Shown here one piece after another: positions 60,901 through 64,000 of a stretch of DNA of 64,000 nt; position 1 is the stretch's first letter, and each line of letters starts with the position of its first letter. Below the pieces are notes generated by a model. It was not told the origin of the DNA. It searched no databases and saw nothing but the letters and a program-made list of their open reading frames with translations. Location: positions 1 through 64,000 of IMG/VR virus record IMGVR_UViG_3300042564_000781; one strand, given 5' to 3'. Origin of the DNA: a virus. Position numbers and translations under genes: made by a program.

Positions 60901-63088
60901 TACTATTACACCGGGTGTATCAAATACATTTACAATAACAGCTACAAGTGGCGGCGGGACTAATGTAACACTAACAGATACAGTAGGTTCTATGAAGATA
61001 GGGCAGATAGGCTGGGATCATATAAATCCAGGAACACCATTAGTAGCATCGTTTGACTCCACATCTGTGTACAGTATTGAGCCACGAATTATATATTCTA
61101 AACCCAATTTTACATCAACTAGCTCATTAGCTACTACACAAGCAGTTGGGGTTTCTTATGTTGATATAGGATACGGCGGCGGTAAATTTACCGGACTTGC
61201 TAATGCTGATTCGACATTAACAGTTAGTGAAGATGGAGTACTATGGACACCACAATCATTACCATCTTCTGCAACATGGTCTAGTATTGCTTACGGAAGC
61301 AGTTATTGGGTGATTATATCATCCGGGGGTAGTGGTATTTCTGGCTCTAAAGTATTATACTCAAATAGCAATTTAGCAACATGGAAAACATCCTACTTGC
61401 CAAGTATTGGAAATTGGAGTAAAGTAGCGTACGGAAACGGAAAATTTGTTGCTATCACAAGCAATTCTGCAAGTTCGTCGTACTCATTAAATTTTGGCGC
61501 TACTTGGGTAGCAGGCACAGGATTACCTAATACTACATGGTCAGGACTAACATATGGCGCTGGCACATTTGTTGCAGTAGCAACAGGCGGAACTCAGGCT
61601 GCAAGAAGTACTGATGGAATTACATGGGCATCTAGCACATTACCTAATTCAACTGCATGGTCGGGCGTTGCGTATGGAAACGGAAGATTCGTTGCAGTGT
61701 CATCAACTTTATCTAAAGCAGCATATAGCCTAGATGGGATTACATGGAGTCAATCATTATACAGTGTGCTCGGAACTAATATTGCCTATGGAAACGGAGT
61801 ATTTATTTTAGCAGGAGATGACCCATTTTGTTATACAAGCGAAGATGGAATTGTATGGACCAAAACAGCAGTCGTTCCGGGTGTTGGACGAATGGTGTAT
61901 GGATTATATGGTGTAAACGGAAGATTTGCATCAGTTAGTGGCCAGGATACGGCAATGGTAATTACTGCAGGCAGTCAGACTAAAGCAAGAGCCAGTGTTG
62001 CTGGTGGAAAAATTATAGAGATTAACGAATGGGATCCAGGTTCAAATTATATAAATTCCCCAACAGTAACCATAGTCGATGCTAATGCTACAGTTTTAAC
62101 AGCAACGTCGCCACTACTTGGCTCTGGTGTATTAGGAAATCCTACATTTATTAATCGAGGCACAGGATATAATACTAATACTACTACTATTACAATTACA
62201 GGAGATGGGTATGCTGAACGTTTTCAAACTGGTCTAGGAATCATTATTAGCAATTTGATAGTATTGCCAGTAGCCGGTGATAATCTTGCAATCGCTGGGA
62301 ACGACACAATCTATAAAGTAACGTCTGCAACACTATTAGATGGATCAATTACTCCAAACATTATTGCTGAAGTATTTGTGTCACCTGAAATAACAGTTGG
62401 CTTATCACCTAATCAGGGAGTGCCTGTATCAATCAGGACAAAATACAGTCAAGTACGATTAACTAATCATGACTACTTGAACATTGGATACGGAAACTTT
62501 GAAGAATCAAATTATCCATTGCTACCAGCAAGCACAGTATTGTCGCAAGAGAATGAGGCAGTTGATGCTAACTATGGCCGTGTGTTTTATTCTTCAACAG
62601 ACCAAGACGGTAACTTCCGAGTTGGTAAACTATTTGCGGTTGAGCAGGCTACTGGTATTATTACGCTAAGTGCTAGTCAATTTGGACTAAGCGGACTAAA
62701 TGAACTTAAAATTGGTGGCGTTGCAGTCGGCGGCAACAGTGTTATTATTACACAGTTTAGTACAGACTCTACGTTTGTTGCAAATTCTAATAGCATTGTG
62801 CCAACACAAAAAGCAATTAAGGCATACTTAGGTGCAAAATTAACACAGGGTGGATCTAATACATTTACCGGGCAATTAATTGCTGGTACTGTGTTAGTCG
62901 GCGGACCTGATAAGATTGCCAGTACTATTGTTGAAGGTAACGATGGATGGCATATAAACATGCCAAATACAGTCGATGTAACGGGTGTAAATGACGGGAA
63001 CGGCGGCGGCGCTGGCGGCTGGGATGGCGACGGAATGGCAATGGCATTCTTTCAAATGTCCTTTGCCCCAGGAAGTGCTGATCAATAA
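54980..63088 (+). CDS. Very large fibre/appendage protein C (2702 aa): CBM5/12-like repeats, beta-helix-type region, nested beta modules, BNR-like propeller
   Basis: WxGxWxxxxxYxxGDxVxYGG repeats; YYVAPSGSD..PYKTIKYA; RSPYIQN; PxxFxGxxFGGI...YYI modules; WSxxAYGNGxFVAV repeats; GTAAATA upstream. Confidence 0.8.
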   Translation: MAAEFKIGRLRYTWKGVWATATFYNRDAVASYNGKTYVCIVPHTSGDFYDDYENVEPSGEIKPYWVIMLEGTSWKGEWQPNTLYTLGAIVLYGGSVYKRIVNGLSDATFNPASWEVYTTVNSTWIGNYSTNQFYKVGDTVKYGGIVYSCITQHTSSNSITYPTYSNWEILDVGIEYRGTWTSTNTSYKINDLVKYGPDLWISRQDHSSSLPFNATIDPLNTTATWQLWLPGIDYSAATTWSATVVYQPGNTVKYGGYSYINLIVNNLNIVPSTNVDGLNPEWQLLTTGYDFNDDWLSGVSYKIGSVVRRAGNLFEALQDNLSQDPTELITTTTYTELGSSGTTLIVNNTTNIFPGMIISGQGFDKGQFVTSVEDGTTLIISQAPYPTLIDGQSLAFSGVNGNYWVPLVPGTRWRNRWAATENYVVGDLAVWVNVTYRCIKTHISEITKRPDINSGIYWVVELNHDYYNVLNIKGDIIVSTDGTNNALAIGSEGYLLKSVTEIPTWANVFQSPALYYVAPSGSDALTSGDTWDNPYKTIKYACERIAAGTLNSSATLLLKQNKTFIVEETYGPAVQSITTTPLDLIQTKRDIRSLVDAITYDLARGGNSQTVAFTLSFFDEQYSYKFITPRVSSSITVLITAFNRVFTLISDILNNIIVDPTFQTIYPQITGTVAGLSQALTSVQSFQNIVITALINENINSIPARNQGLTATLMVKTGAYHEELPIVIPANTALNGDELRGVIVYPKTIINTIATRSFSATNLFRVNTTEGMINNTAVQFVSVNPVSGFNTVFGGVVAGTTYYVIGSSITSTQFSVSAIPGGPPVTLSNATSQMKVFGGDALKDMFRVQNGSGIRNMTLSGLLGTLTAPNSFTTRRPTGGSFVSLDPGTGIADTTAHIYRRSPYIQNVTTFGTGCVGLKIDGSLHALGNKSIVCNDFTQIVSDGVGIYCTGPGALCEAVSVFSYYAYAGYLSEAGGRIRATNGNSSYGNFGVIAEGFDTTEIPSVGTVFNRYYEASATPISALGATANILKLQYSHAGQEYITSTTNLLQYSNSFTNWTSDGNITLIQSILSPFANQSDAWIATGNTSGTNSSYFSKSITIAPSGEIYTNIAGINITGGGLGATFDIIVTSTQYTVTINNGGTGYVATNQIRILGSQLGGISGVNDLIITVTELSGTTITTITSIGVVQIGSVQPYTASIFCKQGTSTTFDLVATFSGYSAASSSISYNFNTNTITPGSATGGMTPVVFSATPISTNPGWVRLSFRFYDVSGLNNTLKLTIYPRSQLGNSSYTLIYGAQLELGTRTGFYQETTTGRYTAYANYDVVGAGSGVDLVADEIRDRGIYQTRILEVNGVTGGVGHRLSTNNAQAGTDSTITIAGSDIAGPKDYLGMRVFVNSGLGAGQYGAISAFDAELKIASVLKESFTQLEITTSSSIGNIFTLAPSADVYSLYNNQPVQFVPTTYDTIVTLVGQSSVEATSTIGGQTNTMYVTSTAQLTVNMPVTFSGITYGGVTSNFTYYIIAILNENEIQLGLTVGGIAIFLNNDDGSMSLNYPSNTGYLGAPTTNMDINLPIYFTGAVLSEIEASTDYFINDVIDINNFTISDTLVTPTATSTTAISNTVTVDTSDTLVPLNPIKFAGTAFGSILPSTKYYINHIVDSTNITISLGTLTTTATATQNEGELITVGDTTGFAIGNAIKFTGTTFGGIVNDRIYYISYINNATSLIVSSSSSALSITATNTSTSINISGTVYNNVLTLISSSNLTPMYPVTFSGTTFGSITAGTTYFISRIYDSTRISITNSIISVTAIETSATSNLIHVESTAGFVAGNPIIFGGVSFGGIVSGQLYYISAVNSPTDFTISTTPTGSAVVLTAGTGSITARTPAVNTTVTTATGSMIGTTRASASPVLLTSAIGLCIVRTTSSTITLSTATGLLTGTSTTVKKQFTSDAGSMVGTFSVPILGGITQGITYYVRTITPGVSNTFTITATSGGGTNVTLTDTVGSMKIGQIGWDHINPGTPLVASFDSTSVYSIEPRIIYSKPNFTSTSSLATTQAVGVSYVDIGYGGGKFTGLANADSTLTVSEDGVLWTPQSLPSSATWSSIAYGSSYWVIISSGGSGISGSKVLYSNSNLATWKTSYLPSIGNWSKVAYGNGKFVAITSNSASSSYSLNFGATWVAGTGLPNTTWSGLTYGAGTFVAVATGGTQAARSTDGITWASSTLPNSTAWSGVAYGNGRFVAVSSTLSKAAYSLDGITWSQSLYSVLGTNIAYGNGVFILAGDDPFCYTSEDGIVWTKTAVVPGVGRMVYGLYGVNGRFASVSGQDTAMVITAGSQTKARASVAGGKIIEINEWDPGSNYINSPTVTIVDANATVLTATSPLLGSGVLGNPTFINRGTGYNTNTTTITITGDGYAERFQTGLGIIISNLIVLPVAGDNLAIAGNDTIYKVTSATLLDGSITPNIIAEVFVSPEITVGLSPNQGVPVSIRTKYSQVRLTNHDYLNIGYGNFEESNYPLLPASTVLSQENEAVDANYGRVFYSSTDQDGNFRVGKLFAVEQATGIITLSASQFGLSGLNELKIGGVAVGGNSVIITQFSTDSTFVANSNSIVPTQKAIKAYLGAKLTQGGSNTFTGQLIAGTVLVGGPDKIASTIVEGNDGWHINMPNTVDVTGVNDGNGGGAGGWDGDGMAMAFFQMSFAPGSADQ

Positions 63089-63137
63089 AATTGAAATATT
63101 AAACTAAGATAAATATAATGTAAAAGGACGAAAGCAA

Positions 63138-64000
63138 ATGGCTGAATTTAAACTAGGTAGAATTAGATTTGTATGGAAAGGTCAGTGGACCGTTGGAACT
63201 CCATATCTAATAGATGACGTGGTAAGCAACGGCGGAAAGAGTTATATTTGTGTTGTAAATCACACTGCTTCTAGTCTTTTCGATACTGATTTGGACTATC
63301 CAGGAGTACCAAGATGGGAAATTGTCGCCGACGGAACACAATGGAATGGCAACTGGGAACCAGAGACATATTACAATCCGGGTGCAGTTGTCAAATACGG
63401 TGCATTAGTTTATATTTGTAAAACTGGTCACACATCGGCTACATATGTAGCACCTACTTATTTGGGACTAGAAGACGATCAAGTAAACTGGGAATTGTTT
63501 GCTACTTCATTTAGCTGGGAAGGCACTTGGACAACTGCTACTCGATATAGACTTAATGATTTTGTAGTTTACGGCGGCACTACCTATGTATGTAATACTC
63601 CGCATATTTCTGCTGCAATCTCAGCAAGCATAACGGCAACTAATTTTACAGTCCTTGCCGGAACTGCTACCCTAACATTTGCATCAAAAGTAGTTGCACC
63701 ATATGCTGTAGGAGCAACAATTACCTTAGCAGGCTTTAGTCCAGCAGCTACTACTTCTCCAGCAAATAATATTAATACAACCTTTACTGTATTAACCTGC
63801 ACTACAACCCAATTAACATTTGCGCTAACAGGTACATATACTAATTCGGTATTAGGTACTGTATCCGGAACAAGCCAGTTGGGATTAGAACTTGACGCAG
63901 CAAAATGGGATACGTTTAATCAAGGAATTACCTATCTAGGAGATTGGAATTCTGCAAGCCTTCCAGGCGGAGCCAATGTTAGATATAAGCAAAACGATAT
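63138..64000 (+). CDS. Partial fibre/appendage protein D (MAEFKLGRIRFVWKG...), paralogue of protein C
   Basis: Translated by hand: open from ATG 63138 to the window end; GATAAATA 63108-15 and AAGGA RBS; same N-terminus and CBM-like repeats as 54980. Confidence 0.85.
   Translation, partial: MAEFKLGRIRFVWKGQWTVGTPYLIDDVVSNGGKSYICVVNHTASSLFDTDLDYPGVPRWEIVADGTQWNGNWEPETYYNPGAVVKYGALVYICKTGHTSATYVAPTYLGLEDDQVNWELFATSFSWEGTWTTATRYRLNDFVVYGGTTYVCNTPHISAAISASITATNFTVLAGTATLTFASKVVAPYAVGATITLAGFSPAATTSPANNINTTFTVLTCTTTQLTFALTGTYTNSVLGTVSGTSQLGLELDAAKWDTFNQGITYLGDWNSASLPGGANVRYKQND

Larger units (their letters stand above)
385..63115. promoter_or_regulatory. Dispersed family of T4-like late promoter motifs (core TAAATA)
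   Basis: Correctly oriented upstream of late genes. Minus strand: 385-390, 17394-99, 17871-76, 23516-21, 30452-59. Plus strand: 28378-83, 30433-40, 36421-26, 36672-77, 36747-52, 40659-64, 44187-94, 48227-32, 54956-61, 63110-15. A gp55 homologue is encoded in the window. Confidence 0.75.

Noticed and set aside
44212-64000. Diversity-generating retroelement or invertible fibre cassette
   Set aside because: No reverse transcriptase or recombinase in the window and no TR/VR pair differing only at adenines was seen; cannot be excluded outside the window.
1-64000. Stop-codon reassignment as in some large phages
   Set aside because: Conserved genes are full length in the standard code, and TAA, TAG and TGA all end genes at expected positions.

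Overview
The whole window is part of a large T4-like (myovirus-type) dsDNA phage genome, AT-rich and read in the standard code. It has four blocks. (1) A minus-strand baseplate/tail module at 1-23495: a 4512-aa giant structural protein and gp6-, gp25-, gp5-, hub-, gp53- and gp48/54-like genes. (2) A plus-strand block under sigma70-type promoters: gp55 late sigma factor, gp47/gp46 Mre11/Rad50-like nuclease, an Hc1-like protein and a short GIY-YIG nuclease, followed by about 470 nt of densely base-paired non-coding sequence. (3) A divergent gp26-like / tape-measure pair, then the head module (portal gp20, prohead core, protease gp21, scaffold gp22, major capsid gp23). (4) A run of large paralogous fibre/appendage genes. 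Late genes are preceded by a recurring TAAATA motif resembling the T4 late promoter. The best leads are: a candidate large structured RNA directly behind the minimal GIY-YIG nuclease; an unannotated -1 ribosomal frameshift (T TTT TTC) extending the gp26-like gene by 77 codons, similar to lambda G/GT; and recursively nested domains in the fibre proteins. All assignments come from motif recognition and synteny by eye; no searches or folding programs were run.
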